Part shown: positions 1-11,231 of the stretch, one piece after another | Numbering within the stretch: the first letter of the stretch is position 1 | Layout of the letters: the number at the start of each line of letters is the position of its first letter | DNA from: an uncultured Rubrivivax sp. | GTDB lineage: Bacteria > Pseudomonadota > Gammaproteobacteria > Burkholderiales > Burkholderiaceae_C | DNA: 50,391 nt | Reading direction: 5' to 3' | NCBI GenBank assembly: GCA_964442175.1 | Contig: CAYTWU010000001.1 | Location: forward strand, 1-50,391 | Notes under the pieces: generated by a model | What the model was told of the DNA's origin: nothing | The model's database searches: none | What the model saw: only the letters and a program-made list of their open reading frames with translations | Position numbers and translations under genes: made by a program

Positions 1-2
1 AT

Positions 3-929
3 GGCATCCCCGACTTCAAGATGGAGAAGAGCCACATCGACCGCCGCATCGAACAGATGCAGGCCGAAGGTGTGGTCTTCCGCACCGGCGTGTTGATTGG
101 CGAACTGGGCGAAGGCAGCAAGGTCACCAACGACGCCAAGGAGACCATCAGCCCCGATGCGTTGAAGTCACAGTTCGACGCCGTGGTGCTGGCCGGCGGC
201 TCCGAGATCAGCCGCGACCTGCCGGTGCCCGGCCGAGAACTCGACGGCGTGCACTACGCGATGGAGTTCCTGCCGATGCAGAACAAGGTCGTGGCCGGTG
301 ACAAGCTGAAGGGCCAGATCATGGCCACCGGCAAACACGTCATCGTGATCGGTGGCGGCGACACCGGCAGCGACTGCGTGGGCACCAGCAACCGCCATGG
401 CGCGGCCAGCGTCACGCAGTTCGAGCTGATGCCGCAGCCGCCCGAGACCGAAGACAAGCCGTTGACCTGGCCCTACTGGCCGACCAAGCTGCGCACCAGC
501 TCCAGCCACGAAGAAGGCTGCGAACGCGAGTTCGCCATCGCCACCAAGGAGCTGATCGCCGGCACCGGCAAGGACAAGGGCCGCGTCACGGCGCTGAAGA
601 CCGTGCACGTGCAGTGGCAGGGCGGCAAGATGGTCGAGGTGCCCGGCACCGAGAAGGAATGGAAGGCCGACCTGGTGCTGCTGGCCATGGGCTTCACCAG
701 CCCGGTGCCCGGTGTGCTGCAGGCCTTTGGCGTGGAGCGCGACCCGCGGGGCAATGCCAAGGCCGGCACCGACGACGACAGCGGCTACGCCACCAACGTG
801 CCCCGTGTCTTTGCCGCGGGCGACATGCGCCGCGGCCAGAGCCTGGTGGTCTGGGCCATCCGCGAAGGCCGCCAGGTGGCGCGCGCGGTCGACCGATTCT
901 TGATGGGCGCCAGCGCGTTGCCGCGCTGA
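3..929 (+). CDS. gltD: Glutamate synthase small (beta) subunit, 5'-truncated by the window edge
   Basis: The frame is open from position 3 (GIPDFKMEK..., the conserved YGIPxFK motif), so ATG21 is internal. Motifs [20 protein letters not shown] and [21 protein letters not shown]. Confidence 0.95.
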   Translation, partial: GIPDFKMEKSHIDRRIEQMQAEGVVFRTGVLIGELGEGSKVTNDAKETISPDALKSQFDAVVLAGGSEISRDLPVPGRELDGVHYAMEFLPMQNKVVAGDKLKGQIMATGKHVIVIGGGDTGSDCVGTSNRHGAASVTQFELMPQPPETEDKPLTWPYWPTKLRTSSSHEEGCEREFAIATKELIAGTGKDKGRVTALKTVHVQWQGGKMVEVPGTEKEWKADLVLLAMGFTSPVPGVLQAFGVERDPRGNAKAGTDDDSGYATNVPRVFAAGDMRRGQSLVVWAIREGRQVARAVDRFLMGASALPR

Positions 930-962
930 GCTCAGCCGCCGACCTGCGGCGCCGAGGACGCC

Positions 963-3746
963 TCACAGCGTCTTCAACAACTCCGTGACCTCGCCCTGGC
1001 GGGGGAACTTGGTGCCCAGCTGCGACAGCGTGGTGAGTTCGGTCTTGGCGCCGGCTTTGTCGCCGGCCTGGATCAGCAGCTTGGCCAGGTTGAAGCGCAG
1101 CTGCGGGTTGGTGTTCTCCAGCGCCATCGCCTTCTTCATCACCTCCACGCCCTTGGTGGCCTGGCCTTCGGCCGCCAGCGCGAGCGCCAGCGTGTCCATG
1201 ATGACTGGCCGGTTGGGCAGCAAGGCGTTGGCCTTTTCGGCCAGGGCCACCGAACCCGGCTTCTTGGCCGTGGCCATCAGCCAGGCCACGTTGTTCAGCG
1301 CCAGCGCGTTCTCCGGCTGCAGCTTCAACACCTCGCGGTAACGCAGCTCCGCCTGCGGCAGGTTGCGCGCCGCGAGCGCAAAGTCACCCAGGTAGTACTG
1401 GAACTCGGCGTCACGCGGGTGGTTCTTCAGCCACTCGGCCGCGTGTTTGTCGGCGGCGGCCTCCTGCTTGGCGGCCGTGAGCGCGACGTGCACCCGGGTG
1501 GCGAGCTCGGTGGAGTTGGGCGCGGCCTTCAGGCCGGCGTTGTAGACGGCCAGGGCGTTGTCCCAGCGCTTGAGCGAGGCTTCGATGCCACCTTCGAGCA
1601 GGAAGCCGACGTCCTGGGTCGGTCGTTGTTTCTGGATGTCCTTGGCCACGGCTATGGCCTCGGCTGACTTGTTGTCCGCCAGGTAAGCATCGATCACGGC
1701 GCGCTGCGCCTGCAGGTTGTCGGGTGCGATGGCCAGGGCACGTTTGAGGCTCTGCATCGCCCCTTCACGGTTCTTGGACGCCCATTGCACATCGGCCAGG
1801 CGCAGATACGGCAGCGGGGACTGCGGCAGCAACTGCGCCAGCTTGTTGAAGGTGGCCAGGGCCTGGTTGGTGTCGCCCGATGCGGCCTGTGCCCGGCCCA
1901 GGGCCTCCAGGATGTCGGTGTTGTTGGGCAAGGCCGCAGTGGCGGCCTGGCCCAGTTCGAGTGCGGCCTTGAAGTCCTTGTTCGCCAACTGGTAGTTGAT
2001 CAGCGCCAGGCGCGGGGCCGGGTCGCTGCCGTTCTGCTGGATGGCGTCGGTGAAGACCTTGATGATCTCCTCGCGTGGCGCGCCGGTGCCGGCTTTCAAA
2101 CGGGCCGACGCCAGCAGGGCCTGCATGTTGCGCGGGTCGGCCTTCATGGCCTCGTCCAGCAGGCGCTTGGCCTCGTCCGGCTTGCCGTCGATCAGTGCCA
2201 ACTGGGCCAGCGCCGAGGTGGCCGGGTAGAAGCTGGGGTCGGCCTTCAAGGCCTGCTCGAAGGCCACCTTGGCCTCGTCCTTCTTGCCCTGCTGCATCAG
2301 CACACGGGCGCGCAGGTTGGCCGCGATGGGCTTGCCGGGCAGCTTCTTCTCGAGCGCGTCGATGGCCTTCATCGCGCCGGCGTAGTCTTTCTTGCGCACC
2401 AGCGCACCGATCAGCGGCAGGTCGGCGGTGGTGGAGTCGTCAGCGGCGGCCAGGGTCTGAAGCTCGGCCATGCCGGCGTCGTTGTTGCCCTTCAGCAGCT
2501 TGCTGATGGCCAGCGCGGTCTTGGCGCGTTTGTCGTCGGGGTTGAGCTGGGAGGCTTTGGCAAACGCCGCTTCGGCGTCGTTGATGTCGCCGGCTTGCAG
2601 GTGCGCCTGCGCCGCCAGTGAGTACACGGCCGCGGGTGGGTTGGGGCGGTCCAGCAGCGGCTGCAGTGTGGCCAAAGCCTTGGCGGGCTGCGACATCTGC
2701 AGGTAGGTCAAGGTGAGCATGCGGCGCGAGATGTCCTGCTCCGGCGCCTTCTGCAGCGCCTTGGCCAGGTAGGCCTCGGCCTGCAGGAAGGACTTCTTCT
2801 CGAACTCCACGGCGCCGGCCAGCTGCAGGATGCGGGGGTTGTCGGGCGCCACACGCAGCAGCGACTGCGCCACCTCGCGCGCCTTGTCGTATTCCTTGGC
2901 CAGCAGCGCCACGTTGCCGGCAAAGTAAGCCGTCTGCGGGTGGTTGGGCAGCACCTTCTGCAGCGCCAGCACCTGCTCGCGTGCGCCCTTCAGGTCTTGT
3001 TTGCCCAGCAGCAGCGTGATCAGCGCGCTGTGCGCCGGTACGAAGTTGGGCTTGACGGCGATGGCCTGTTTGTAGGCCTCGATGGCCTTGTCGACATCGC
3101 GCTTGCCGTAGTTCAGCAGGTCGCCCTTGAGCTGCCAGGCGTCGTGGTCCTGTGGCGTGCGGGCGATCTGCTTGTCCACCGCCGCCAGCGCGCCATCCAG
3201 GTCGCCGGTGTCGGCCTGCAGCCGGGCTTCGAAGACCTTGGCCGGGCCGTAGTCGGGCATGGCCTTCAGCGCCGCGGCCACGGCCGTCTGCGCCTGGTCG
3301 CGCCGGCCCATGGAGCCGTAGGTCATCGCCAGCGTCGATTTCAAATCGGCATCGGCCAGCGGATCGGACAGGCTGGTCTGGCCAAATTGTTCGGTCAGCT
3401 TCTGGTATTGGCCTTCGATGAACATGGCACGGGCCAGTTCGGGCACGACCGCGGCTTCCGGGTGGCGCAGGTCCAGCGCCTTGCGCAGTTCCAGCGAGGC
3501 CGCAGGGGCATCACCGCTGGCCAGCAAGGCCTTGCCCAGCAGGAAACGCGCTTCGGCGTTGCTGGCATCGGCCTGCAAAACGTTCTTGATCTGGATGACC
3601 GCGGCCTTGGCATCGTCTTTGGCGAGCAGTTCCTTGGCCGAGCCGAGCAGCTTCTCGGGGCTGTCGCCCCCACAGGCCACCAGGGTGGCAGCGGCCAGGG
3701 CCAGCAGGGCCGGGGCAAAGGCACGGGGCAGGTTTTTCACGGGCAC
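963..3746 (-). CDS. prsT: PEP-CTERM system TPR-repeat lipoprotein PrsT (TIGR02917-like), 927 aa
   Basis: Lipobox LVAC-GG, Ala/Leu-rich TPR helices throughout, C-terminal ALNNVAW..DTL motif; lies directly downstream of prsR. Confidence 0.9.
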   Translation of the reverse strand: MPVKNLPRAFAPALLALAAATLVACGGDSPEKLLGSAKELLAKDDAKAAVIQIKNVLQADASNAEARFLLGKALLASGDAPAASLELRKALDLRHPEAAVVPELARAMFIEGQYQKLTEQFGQTSLSDPLADADLKSTLAMTYGSMGRRDQAQTAVAAALKAMPDYGPAKVFEARLQADTGDLDGALAAVDKQIARTPQDHDAWQLKGDLLNYGKRDVDKAIEAYKQAIAVKPNFVPAHSALITLLLGKQDLKGAREQVLALQKVLPNHPQTAYFAGNVALLAKEYDKAREVAQSLLRVAPDNPRILQLAGAVEFEKKSFLQAEAYLAKALQKAPEQDISRRMLTLTYLQMSQPAKALATLQPLLDRPNPPAAVYSLAAQAHLQAGDINDAEAAFAKASQLNPDDKRAKTALAISKLLKGNNDAGMAELQTLAAADDSTTADLPLIGALVRKKDYAGAMKAIDALEKKLPGKPIAANLRARVLMQQGKKDEAKVAFEQALKADPSFYPATSALAQLALIDGKPDEAKRLLDEAMKADPRNMQALLASARLKAGTGAPREEIIKVFTDAIQQNGSDPAPRLALINYQLANKDFKAALELGQAATAALPNNTDILEALGRAQAASGDTNQALATFNKLAQLLPQSPLPYLRLADVQWASKNREGAMQSLKRALAIAPDNLQAQRAVIDAYLADNKSAEAIAVAKDIQKQRPTQDVGFLLEGGIEASLKRWDNALAVYNAGLKAAPNSTELATRVHVALTAAKQEAAADKHAAEWLKNHPRDAEFQYYLGDFALAARNLPQAELRYREVLKLQPENALALNNVAWLMATAKKPGSVALAEKANALLPNRPVIMDTLALALAAEGQATKGVEVMKKAMALENTNPQLRFNLAKLLIQAGDKAGAKTELTTLSQLGTKFPRQGEVTELLKTL

Positions 3747-3768
3747 TCCAACTCCAGGAACGGTGGAT

Positions 3769-5142
3769 CTACTTGATGCCCAGGCGGTGCATCAGATCGT
3801 AGAGGGTGGGGCGGCTGACGCCCAGCATCTCGGCGGCACGCAGGATGTTGCCATTGGCGCGCGCCAGTGCCGTGACGATGGCTTCACGCTCGGCGTGTTC
3901 ACGGATGCGGCGCAGGTCCAGATCGCTGGCTTCGGGCGCTGCGGTGCCGGCCTCGGCCGCCGGTGGGCGCAGGCCCAGGTCCTCGCAGCCCACGCGCCCA
4001 CCATCGGCCATGATGGCCGCGCGTTTCACGACGTTCAGCAGCTCGCGCACGTTGCCGGGCCAGCCATGGGCCTCGATGGCGCGCACCGCCTCGTCGGTGA
4101 AGCTCAGGCTGCCGCGGCGCTGTTCCTGCGCGAAGCGGCGCAAGAAGGCGTGGGCCAGCAGCGCGGCATCGCCGGTGCGCTGGCGCAGCGGCGGGATGTC
4201 GACCACGATCTCGGCCAGGCGGTAGTACAAGTCCTCGCGGAAGCGGCCTTCGCGGATCTGACCCTGCAGGTTCTGGTGCGTCGCGCACACCACGCGCACA
4301 TCCACCGGGATCTCCTGCCGGCCGCCCACACGTTCGATGGTGCGCTCCTGCAGGAAGCGCAGCAGCTTGGCCTGCAGCGAGTGCGGCAGATCGCCGATCT
4401 CGTCCAGCATCAGCGTGCCGCCGTGGGCCGTCTCGATCTTGCCGACGGTGGTTTTGGTGGCGCCGGTGAAGGCACCCTTCTCGTGGCCGAAGAGCTCGGT
4501 TTCGAGCAGGTTCTCGGGGATGGCGGCGCAGTTGATGGCCACGAACTTGCCACTGCGCTTGGAGGCCTCGTGCACACCCTGGGCCAGCACCTCCTTGCCG
4601 GTGCCACTTTCACCCAGCAGCATCACGGTGGCGTCGCTGCTGGCCACACGTTCGATCAGGCGGCAGATGCGCAGCATCTCGCTGTCGCGGGTCATCAGGC
4701 CGGACAGCGCATCCGGGTGTTGCGCCGCCTGCAGCCGCCGGTTCTCGGCCTGCAATTCGAACAGCCGGTAAGCGCGGTCAATGGTCAGGCCCAGCAGTTC
4801 CGGCTCGAAGGGTTTGGCAAAAAAGTCGTAGGCACCCAGGGCCACGGCGCGCAGGGCGTTGGCCTGTTCGTTCTGGCCTGTCAGCACGATGACCTTCACA
4901 TGCGGGTCGATGGCCAGCAGTTGTTCCAGCAGCTTGAAGCCTTCGGAGGTGGCGTCGGGGTCGGGCGGCAGGCCCAGGTCCATGGTCACCACGGCCGGCT
5001 GGTGGCGCCGGAAGGCCAGCAATGCACTGGCACGGTCGTGTGCCGTCACCGACTCGTAACGGTCCAGCGACCACTTGATCTGCTTCTGCAGGGCCAGGTC
5101 GTCTTCGACGATCAGCAGCGGAGGTTGTTTGTCGGCACTCAT
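3769..5142 (-). CDS. prsR: PEP-CTERM-box sigma-54 response regulator PrsR (TIGR02915-like)
   Basis: Receiver domain (LLIVEDD, DLGLPP), AAA+ GESGTGKE, GAFTGA, WPGNVREL, Fis HTH (LGVSRPTLY); ATGA overlap with prsK. Confidence 0.93.
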   Translation of the reverse strand: MSADKQPPLLIVEDDLALQKQIKWSLDRYESVTAHDRASALLAFRRHQPAVVTMDLGLPPDPDATSEGFKLLEQLLAIDPHVKVIVLTGQNEQANALRAVALGAYDFFAKPFEPELLGLTIDRAYRLFELQAENRRLQAAQHPDALSGLMTRDSEMLRICRLIERVASSDATVMLLGESGTGKEVLAQGVHEASKRSGKFVAINCAAIPENLLETELFGHEKGAFTGATKTTVGKIETAHGGTLMLDEIGDLPHSLQAKLLRFLQERTIERVGGRQEIPVDVRVVCATHQNLQGQIREGRFREDLYYRLAEIVVDIPPLRQRTGDAALLAHAFLRRFAQEQRRGSLSFTDEAVRAIEAHGWPGNVRELLNVVKRAAIMADGGRVGCEDLGLRPPAAEAGTAAPEASDLDLRRIREHAEREAIVTALARANGNILRAAEMLGVSRPTLYDLMHRLGIK

Positions 5143-7238
5143 GCACTGCCCGCCATCGCGAGACCGGTGTCTTGATGGGCCTGGAACAAGGGCAGCACCA
5201 GCGTGATCACGGTGCCGCGGCCCGGCTCACTGTCGACCTGGATTTCGCCGCCGAGTTCGCGCACGTACTGGAAACTCTCGTACGCGCCAATGCCCATGCC
5301 GGCCGTCTTGGTGGTGTTGAAGGGTTTGAACAAGCGGGTTTCGATGAACTCGCGTGTCATGCCCTGGCCGGTGTCGCCCACCACCACGCGGGCCTGGCCG
5401 CTGGCACGCGTGAGCTCCAGCCAGACCCTGCCGTGGGCCGGCGTGGCGTCGAAGGCGTTCTGCACCATGTGGCCCAGCACACGCTCGATCCGCTCGGCAT
5501 GCCCGCGTGTGGCCACACGTTCGAGCCGCGGCAATTCCAGCGTGCGGCCGGCGGAGCGCGCGGCCTCCGCAATCCGTTGCACGATGGGCTGAAGCTCCAC
5601 CCCCAGCGGGCTGCCGGGTGGCGTTTCGCCTTCACGCAATTGCAGCATCAGGCGGCGCATCTTCTCCAGCGAACTTTCCACGGTCATCAGCATGTCCTGT
5701 TGGAATTCCGGATTGTCGTGCAGCCGCTTGGCGTTCTTCATCATCAAGGACAACTGCGTCACGATGTTCTTCAAATCGTGCACGACAAAGGCTGACATGC
5801 GGTTGAAGGCTTCGAATTTGCGCGCCTCCAGCAATGCCTCCGTCGCGTGCAATTGCGCCAGGAACACAGCGGCCTGGCGGCTGGCGGTCTTGAGCAGGTC
5901 GCGCACCTCCCAGTCCAGCTCGGGTGCCGCGTGGGGCGGGGCCAGCAACACCAGGCCGGTCAGGCGGTCAGCCACGATCAGCGGCACCACCGCCCAGACC
6001 CCTTCGCCCAGCCACTCGGGCGGCAACACGCCCTGGTAACGGTCCGGGTGCTGGCGCGCCTCCGCCACATCGACGATCCATTGGTCGGACTGCAGGAACT
6101 GCGCGAACGGTGATGCCAGCGGCAGGCTGTTCACCGTGGTGAGCTGGCGCGTCCAGGCGGTCTCGCGCAAGTCATCGTCGTCACCGTGAACCATCCAGAG
6201 GCTGGCGCCGGGGCTGTCCACCAGCTCGCACAGGCCGCGCAGCACCATCGCACCCAGCTCCTGCGGTGTTGCGGAGGCCGACAAGGTGGCGGTGAACTTC
6301 AGCCATTGTTCGCGGTAGTCGTAGCGGTAGGCGAAGAAGTTCTTGCTGATCAGCACCCGCAAACGGGCCCGCCATTCGCTGGACAGCACCAGCAGGGCCA
6401 GCAATACCACGGCGCTGAACAACAACGCCAATTGCAGCGCGCGGCCCCAACTGCCGCCGAAATAGCGCACGTAATAGCCGATGCCGGAGATGAACACCAG
6501 GTAGGCGCCGGCCAGCAGCAGGGTGGCAGAAAAGAAGGCCGCGTTGTGCGAGACCTGCAGCCGCATCCGCCAATCGGCCTGGCGCCGGGATGACAGGAAG
6601 AGCAGCGGCACGGCCAGGCTGTGGATGCCGGCGCGGATGCTGAAGGCGTCCTGGTCGAAGCTGCCGAACAGCACACCTTGCGAGTGGATGTACAGGTCGA
6701 AGCAGAACACACCCGCCAGCGCCAGGCACAGGGGCTTCACGCCCCAGCGGCCGTCTCGTGCCACGTTGCGGAACAGCTGTTCCACCAGCACCAGGCCGAG
6801 CACGGGTTGCGCCAGGGCGGCGAACAAGGCCCAGCGCCGCAGCGGCTCGCTGTCGCTCAGGGCCGTGCCGGTGGCCGCCAGACCGCCCAGCCCGATCACG
6901 AACATGGCCAGGGTGGGCAGGCGCGTGATGGTGGTCGTGCCGGGGTCGGCGTTGGCGGGCCTGAGCAGCAGCAGCAGGAACCAGAACCACGCGCCATAGC
7001 GGGCCAGATCGGTCAGCGCCGTGGCCAGTGCCGACGCATCGTTTTCCGCCAGGGCCAGCCAGGTGCCTGCTGCACCCCAGGCGGCGCCGGCCACCACCGC
7101 CAGCAGGAACACATGGGCCGCCGGCCCGGCGCTGCGCCTGAGGTAGCCATTGAACAGCAAGCGGACGCTGAGCGCGCCATGCGCCAGCACGGCGATGACA
7201 AAGCCCAGCAGGACCAGCGGCGGAGGATCGGAGCCCAT
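5139..7238 (-). CDS. prsK: PEP-CTERM system histidine kinase PrsK (TIGR02916-like)
   Basis: Multi-TM N-terminus, YRYDYREQW, GAF-like region, H-box AFVVHDLKN, NAFDA, DTGQGM, GMGIGAYE. Confidence 0.92.
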   Translation of the reverse strand: MGSDPPPLVLLGFVIAVLAHGALSVRLLFNGYLRRSAGPAAHVFLLAVVAGAAWGAAGTWLALAENDASALATALTDLARYGAWFWFLLLLLRPANADPGTTTITRLPTLAMFVIGLGGLAATGTALSDSEPLRRWALFAALAQPVLGLVLVEQLFRNVARDGRWGVKPLCLALAGVFCFDLYIHSQGVLFGSFDQDAFSIRAGIHSLAVPLLFLSSRRQADWRMRLQVSHNAAFFSATLLLAGAYLVFISGIGYYVRYFGGSWGRALQLALLFSAVVLLALLVLSSEWRARLRVLISKNFFAYRYDYREQWLKFTATLSASATPQELGAMVLRGLCELVDSPGASLWMVHGDDDDLRETAWTRQLTTVNSLPLASPFAQFLQSDQWIVDVAEARQHPDRYQGVLPPEWLGEGVWAVVPLIVADRLTGLVLLAPPHAAPELDWEVRDLLKTASRQAAVFLAQLHATEALLEARKFEAFNRMSAFVVHDLKNIVTQLSLMMKNAKRLHDNPEFQQDMLMTVESSLEKMRRLMLQLREGETPPGSPLGVELQPIVQRIAEAARSAGRTLELPRLERVATRGHAERIERVLGHMVQNAFDATPAHGRVWLELTRASGQARVVVGDTGQGMTREFIETRLFKPFNTTKTAGMGIGAYESFQYVRELGGEIQVDSEPGRGTVITLVLPLFQAHQDTGLAMAGSA

Positions 7239-7297
7239 GGGGCAGGATCAGACCACAACCCGGCCGGTACCGCCCGGGCTGCAGGCCGGCGCGGGCC

Positions 7298-8680
7298 TCA
7301 GCGTGCGCCCTTGCCGGTGAGCACGACGGCCACGGTCTCGAACAGCACGACGATGTCGAGGAACAGCGTGTTGTTCTTGACGTAGTACAGGTCGTACTGC
7401 AGCTTCTCGATCGAGTCTTCGACAGTGGCGCCGTACTGGTAACGCACCTGGGCCCAGCCCGTGACGCCCGGCTTCACCGACTGGCGCACCGCGAAAAACG
7501 GGATCTGCTGCGTGAGCTGTTCGACGAAGTAGGGCCGTTCGGGACGCGGCCCGACCATGCTCATCTCGCCCTTCAGCACATTGATCAGCTGCGGCAGCTC
7601 GTCGATGCGGGTGCGGCGCATGAAATGCCCGACCTTGGTGACACGGTCGTCGTGCACGGTGGCCCAACGCGGCTTGCCATCCTTCTCGGCGTCCACACGC
7701 ATGCTGCGGAACTTCGTGACCGGGAAGGTACTGCCGTTCAAACCCACACGTTCCTGGCGGTAGAAGATCGGCCCGCGGCTGTCGAGCTTGATGGCGATCG
7801 CGGCCAACAGCATGATGGGCGCTGCCACCACCAGCAGCAGCAGGGCCGACAGGATGTCGAACACCCGCTTGACGGCCGTGCGGAACAGGCCCTGGTTGAA
7901 GCCGTCCCCGAAGATCATCCAGCCGGCGTTCGCAAAACCCAGGCGGATCTGGCCCAGCGTCTTTTCGAAGTGGGTGTTGACGTCAAAGACCTTGATGCCG
8001 AGCAACTTGCAATCCAGCAACTCACGAAGCGGCATGCTGCCGGAGCGGCGCTCTGTCAGCGCGACGACGATCTCGTCGACGTCCATCGTGCGGGCGGTCT
8101 GGCTCAGGGCCTGTTCGGTCGACAGGACCTTGCTGGCATCGACCGCACATTCGGTTTCGTTCGGACTGGGGTAGTAGCCCACGACCTCGGCGTGTGGATC
8201 GTTCTGGCGCAGCGTTTGCGTCACCAGCTGCGCCGCCGGGCCCGAGCCCAGGATCAGGATGCGGGTCTTGCCGTTGTGGCTGCTGGCCCAGTGCGTGGCG
8301 TACACGCGCCGCAGGATGATGGCCGTCACGCCGACCATGGCTGCCATGCGCATCGCGCCGCGATCTTCGAGGTCTTCCGGCAGCAGGCCGAACACCAGCC
8401 ACGTCAGCGGCAGCGCCAGCAGCAAGGCCACGCCCGCCCGGGCAATCGCCTGGTTCGCCGAAAAGCTGGGCGATTTCTGGTACAGGCCGGACGCCGTGTT
8501 GATGACGAACATGCCCGCCGCCAGCGTGACGACCTGCCCACCGGCCATCGGCAGCAGCATGGCAAAACTGTCGGCCTGCGTGGCAAACACCGCCGCCATG
8601 CCGGCCAGGATGAAGAACAGGTCCGCCAGCATCCTCATCAGGGTCTGCCGGTGCATGTAGTGGTTGAAGATGCGGATCAT
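7298..8680 (-). CDS. Priming (undecaprenyl-phosphate) sugar transferase, PEP-CTERM-associated (TIGR03013-like), 460 aa
   Basis: Bac_transf motifs KRVFD, KFRSM, RIDELPQL, VGPRPE, KPGVTGWAQ, DLYY. Start reassigned to ATG8680 (MIRIFNHY) instead of 8878. Confidence 0.9.
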   Translation of the reverse strand: MIRIFNHYMHRQTLMRMLADLFFILAGMAAVFATQADSFAMLLPMAGGQVVTLAAGMFVINTASGLYQKSPSFSANQAIARAGVALLLALPLTWLVFGLLPEDLEDRGAMRMAAMVGVTAIILRRVYATHWASSHNGKTRILILGSGPAAQLVTQTLRQNDPHAEVVGYYPSPNETECAVDASKVLSTEQALSQTARTMDVDEIVVALTERRSGSMPLRELLDCKLLGIKVFDVNTHFEKTLGQIRLGFANAGWMIFGDGFNQGLFRTAVKRVFDILSALLLLVVAAPIMLLAAIAIKLDSRGPIFYRQERVGLNGSTFPVTKFRSMRVDAEKDGKPRWATVHDDRVTKVGHFMRRTRIDELPQLINVLKGEMSMVGPRPERPYFVEQLTQQIPFFAVRQSVKPGVTGWAQVRYQYGATVEDSIEKLQYDLYYVKNNTLFLDIVVLFETVAVVLTGKGAR

Positions 8681-8953
8681 GTGGATCGCTGGAACGGGAC
8701 GGGCCTTGTGGACAATTCGGGCCACCGACACACCGCTGAAACACCGCGGGGCTGGTTGCTCAACGAATGGCTGAAAACAAATCGAATCCCGGCGTTGGGA
8801 AATGTACGAACCCCGCTCTCTGCAGCCCACCCCCGGCTTGAGGGGCGCGCTGACAAGGCGGCTCTGACGCCGACACACAACTGTGGATCACACCGGCCTT
8901 CCTGGCGCATTTCTGGGTGCCGCGAATCGGCACTCCGCCACGCTTCTGTGCAG

Positions 8954-10042
8954 TCAGTGCGCCTCTTGCGCCGGCCCGATGCGCTTGAAGGCCTTGATCG
9001 TCAGGTGGCGCAGCAACAAGCCAGGTGGCATGCGCAGCGCATGGGCCCGGATGTAGAGCAGGTTGTCGGCGACGGACGAGCCCCACGTGCGGCAGCTGGC
9101 GTGAGGGCTGCGCAAGGCCTGTCGCCACAGCCAGGCCATGGCCTGGTCTTGCCATGCCGCTGCCGCATGCCGCTGCGCCGCTGCCCGCGCCTCAGCCGGC
9201 ACAGGCGTTCCCAGCACCTGCGCGGCGGCGGTCAGGCCTTGGTGCAATGTGCGTCCCAGGCCCAGTTGTTCGGCGCGGTCCGACAGTGATCGCCAGAAGT
9301 CGGCGTCATCGGCGTGGTGGCGCAGCATCAGGTCGATGTCCGACAGATCCCGCAGGCCGTGGCTGAGCTCGTCGTTGTGCAGCAGGTGCGTCATGCTGTG
9401 CAGCAGCATGTCCACCGGCGACAGCACGCGGAAGGCCGGCACCGTGGCGCTGGGTCTGGCGTCGGCCAGCAGCAGCCGGCTGTCGGGCTGCACGTGCGCG
9501 GTGTCCGGCAGGATGGCGTGGTGCACATCCAGCACGGAGCCGCGGTCGTTGTGCATCATCGGCGGGATCTCGTGCATCCATTGCCGGTAGTAACGCTGGT
9601 CGTAGGCGTCGAGGTGGGTGGTGACCCAGCCGCCCATCATCAGGTGTGCTTCCACTTCTGCGATGCGGTCGCGGGGCACGAGCAGGTCGATGTCGTTGAA
9701 GCTGCGGCCGGGGATGCAGGGTGCGTCGGCGGCGAGGTAGGCTGCACCCTTCAGCAGCACCGGTTGCAGACGAAGAGGTGCCAACGCCGTCTGAACGTGG
9801 TGGAGTTCGCGCTGAACCTCCAGAAGCTGGGCTGCGTTCAGGATCTCGGCGGCGCGCAACAGGGCCTGTGCCGGTGCTGGGGCAGCGTCGAACAAGCCCT
9901 CACGCCGCAGCAGCCAGGCCAGCCGCGCCAGCAGGTCCGCGCGGCGGGCCTGCCGCAGCAGCAGGTCCCATTGCGCAGCCGACAGCGCACTCACCGTGGC
10001 CGGCTTGCGCAAGGTTTGCACCACCAGGTCCGGCGTCGTCAT
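8954..10042 (-). CDS. Nucleotidyltransferase family protein (NTP_transf_5-like), 362 aa
   Basis: LLKGAAYL...R.FNDIDLLV...DVHH motifs; ATGA overlap with the upstream kinase. Confidence 0.85.
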   Translation of the reverse strand: MTTPDLVVQTLRKPATVSALSAAQWDLLLRQARRADLLARLAWLLRREGLFDAAPAPAQALLRAAEILNAAQLLEVQRELHHVQTALAPLRLQPVLLKGAAYLAADAPCIPGRSFNDIDLLVPRDRIAEVEAHLMMGGWVTTHLDAYDQRYYRQWMHEIPPMMHNDRGSVLDVHHAILPDTAHVQPDSRLLLADARPSATVPAFRVLSPVDMLLHSMTHLLHNDELSHGLRDLSDIDLMLRHHADDADFWRSLSDRAEQLGLGRTLHQGLTAAAQVLGTPVPAEARAAAQRHAAAAWQDQAMAWLWRQALRSPHASCRTWGSSVADNLLYIRAHALRMPPGLLLRHLTIKAFKRIGPAQEAH

Positions 10043-10950
10043 GCAGCAGGCTCCAGACGCGCCAGCTGTGTGGTGACGTCGTCCAGGTCGCTGTAGACCA
10101 GCTCAAAACAGCGGCAGCGGTCGATGACGCCGGCCAGCAGGTTGAAACCCGCCGCGCCATGCACGTTGAAGTTGAAGGCGTTTTCGACCAGCTTCACCAG
10201 GCCGGCGGCGCGGCCCATCGGCGTCAAGGTGGTCGGTGACGCGGCTTGCCAGCGCGGCAGCACCACCCAGGCGGGGCGTGCATGTTCTTCCGCGCGCTCG
10301 ACCGCCGACAACGGCGGTTTGAAGTGTGCGACGCTGCCCTTCGTCGTGTCTCGCACCACGGGGCTGAAGCGTGCTTCTGGGGCAAACCGGCCGATCACGT
10401 CGATGGACGCATTTTTCAGGCTGACCGGCCGCGGCACCGGCACCACGCAGCCGGTGTCGAGCTCAAGCACGGTCAGTTCATCCGACAGCAGCCGCCAACC
10501 GCGGTGGATCAGCCCGGCGCACAGGGTGCTCTTGCCCGAACCCGGCGGTGCCGGCAGGATCATCGCCAAGCCGCCACGTTCAACCACGGCCGCGTGCAGG
10601 ATCAGGTACTGGTGGCAATGGCTGGTGATGCACCAGTTGAGGCCCCACTCCAGCATCGGGAAGCCCTGGTCGCCGGGCAGCGGCGCAAACGGTGTCAGGT
10701 CGTCGTAGCGGAACTCCACCTGCGGGTGGAACCAGCGGCGCAGCGTGGCTGGGCGGCCCACCTGCACGTGAAAATCAGCAAAGGCATCGGGCGCCAGGAC
10801 CGGATGTGCCGCGTAGTGCAAACGAAGGGCGCTGAACACGGCCGGCAGCCGCGTGCGGATGCGGCTGACCACCGGGCCCGTGCGCACGGCAAGACCTGCG
10901 CCTTGCAACTGGCGCTGGATGTCAGTGGGGGGGAGGTCGCCGAGCTTCAC
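10039..10950 (-). CDS. HprK-related kinase A (TIGR04352-like)
   Basis: LHAAVV..G...PAPPGSGKSTL...GWRLLSDE HPr-kinase signature. Likely start is GTG10950 (GTGA overlap with the PqqD stop); ATG10962 is the alternative. Confidence 0.85.
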   Translation of the reverse strand: MKLGDLPPTDIQRQLQGAGLAVRTGPVVSRIRTRLPAVFSALRLHYAAHPVLAPDAFADFHVQVGRPATLRRWFHPQVEFRYDDLTPFAPLPGDQGFPMLEWGLNWCITSHCHQYLILHAAVVERGGLAMILPAPPGSGKSTLCAGLIHRGWRLLSDELTVLELDTGCVVPVPRPVSLKNASIDVIGRFAPEARFSPVVRDTTKGSVAHFKPPLSAVERAEEHARPAWVVLPRWQAASPTTLTPMGRAAGLVKLVENAFNFNVHGAAGFNLLAGVIDRCRCFELVYSDLDDVTTQLARLEPAA

Positions 10951-11231
10951 AGAGCGCGGCATTCTGTCAGCCCGAGCGTGCGCAGGCTGTCCAGGATGTC
11001 GCGCAATGCGGCGATTTCAGTGGCGGTGGCGTCGGCGGCGCCGCAGGCCGCCAGGAGATCGGCTTCCGACACCGCAGTGTCCGTGTCAGCCAGCAGGCCA
11101 AAGATCTCGGCAGGCCCGTCACTCAGCAGATGCGTGGCAACAGATGCCGGGTCGTAGACCACAACCTGTTCGTCCCAACGGCGCCACTGCAGTGCAGCGC
11201 CCTGGGTCAGCCGCCAGGCACTCAACGCCAT
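10947..11231 (-). CDS. PqqD-family peptide chaperone / RiPP recognition element, HPr-rel-A system (TIGR04353-like), 94 aa
   Basis: C-terminal part of ORF 10947..11996: MALSAWR...WDEQVVVYDPASVATHLL...IFGLL...LDSLRTLGL, a typical RRE pattern. ATG11231 overlaps the upstream stop (TGATG). Confidence 0.82.
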   Translation of the reverse strand: MALSAWRLTQGAALQWRRWDEQVVVYDPASVATHLLSDGPAEIFGLLADTDTAVSEADLLAACGAADATATEIAALRDILDSLRTLGLTECRAL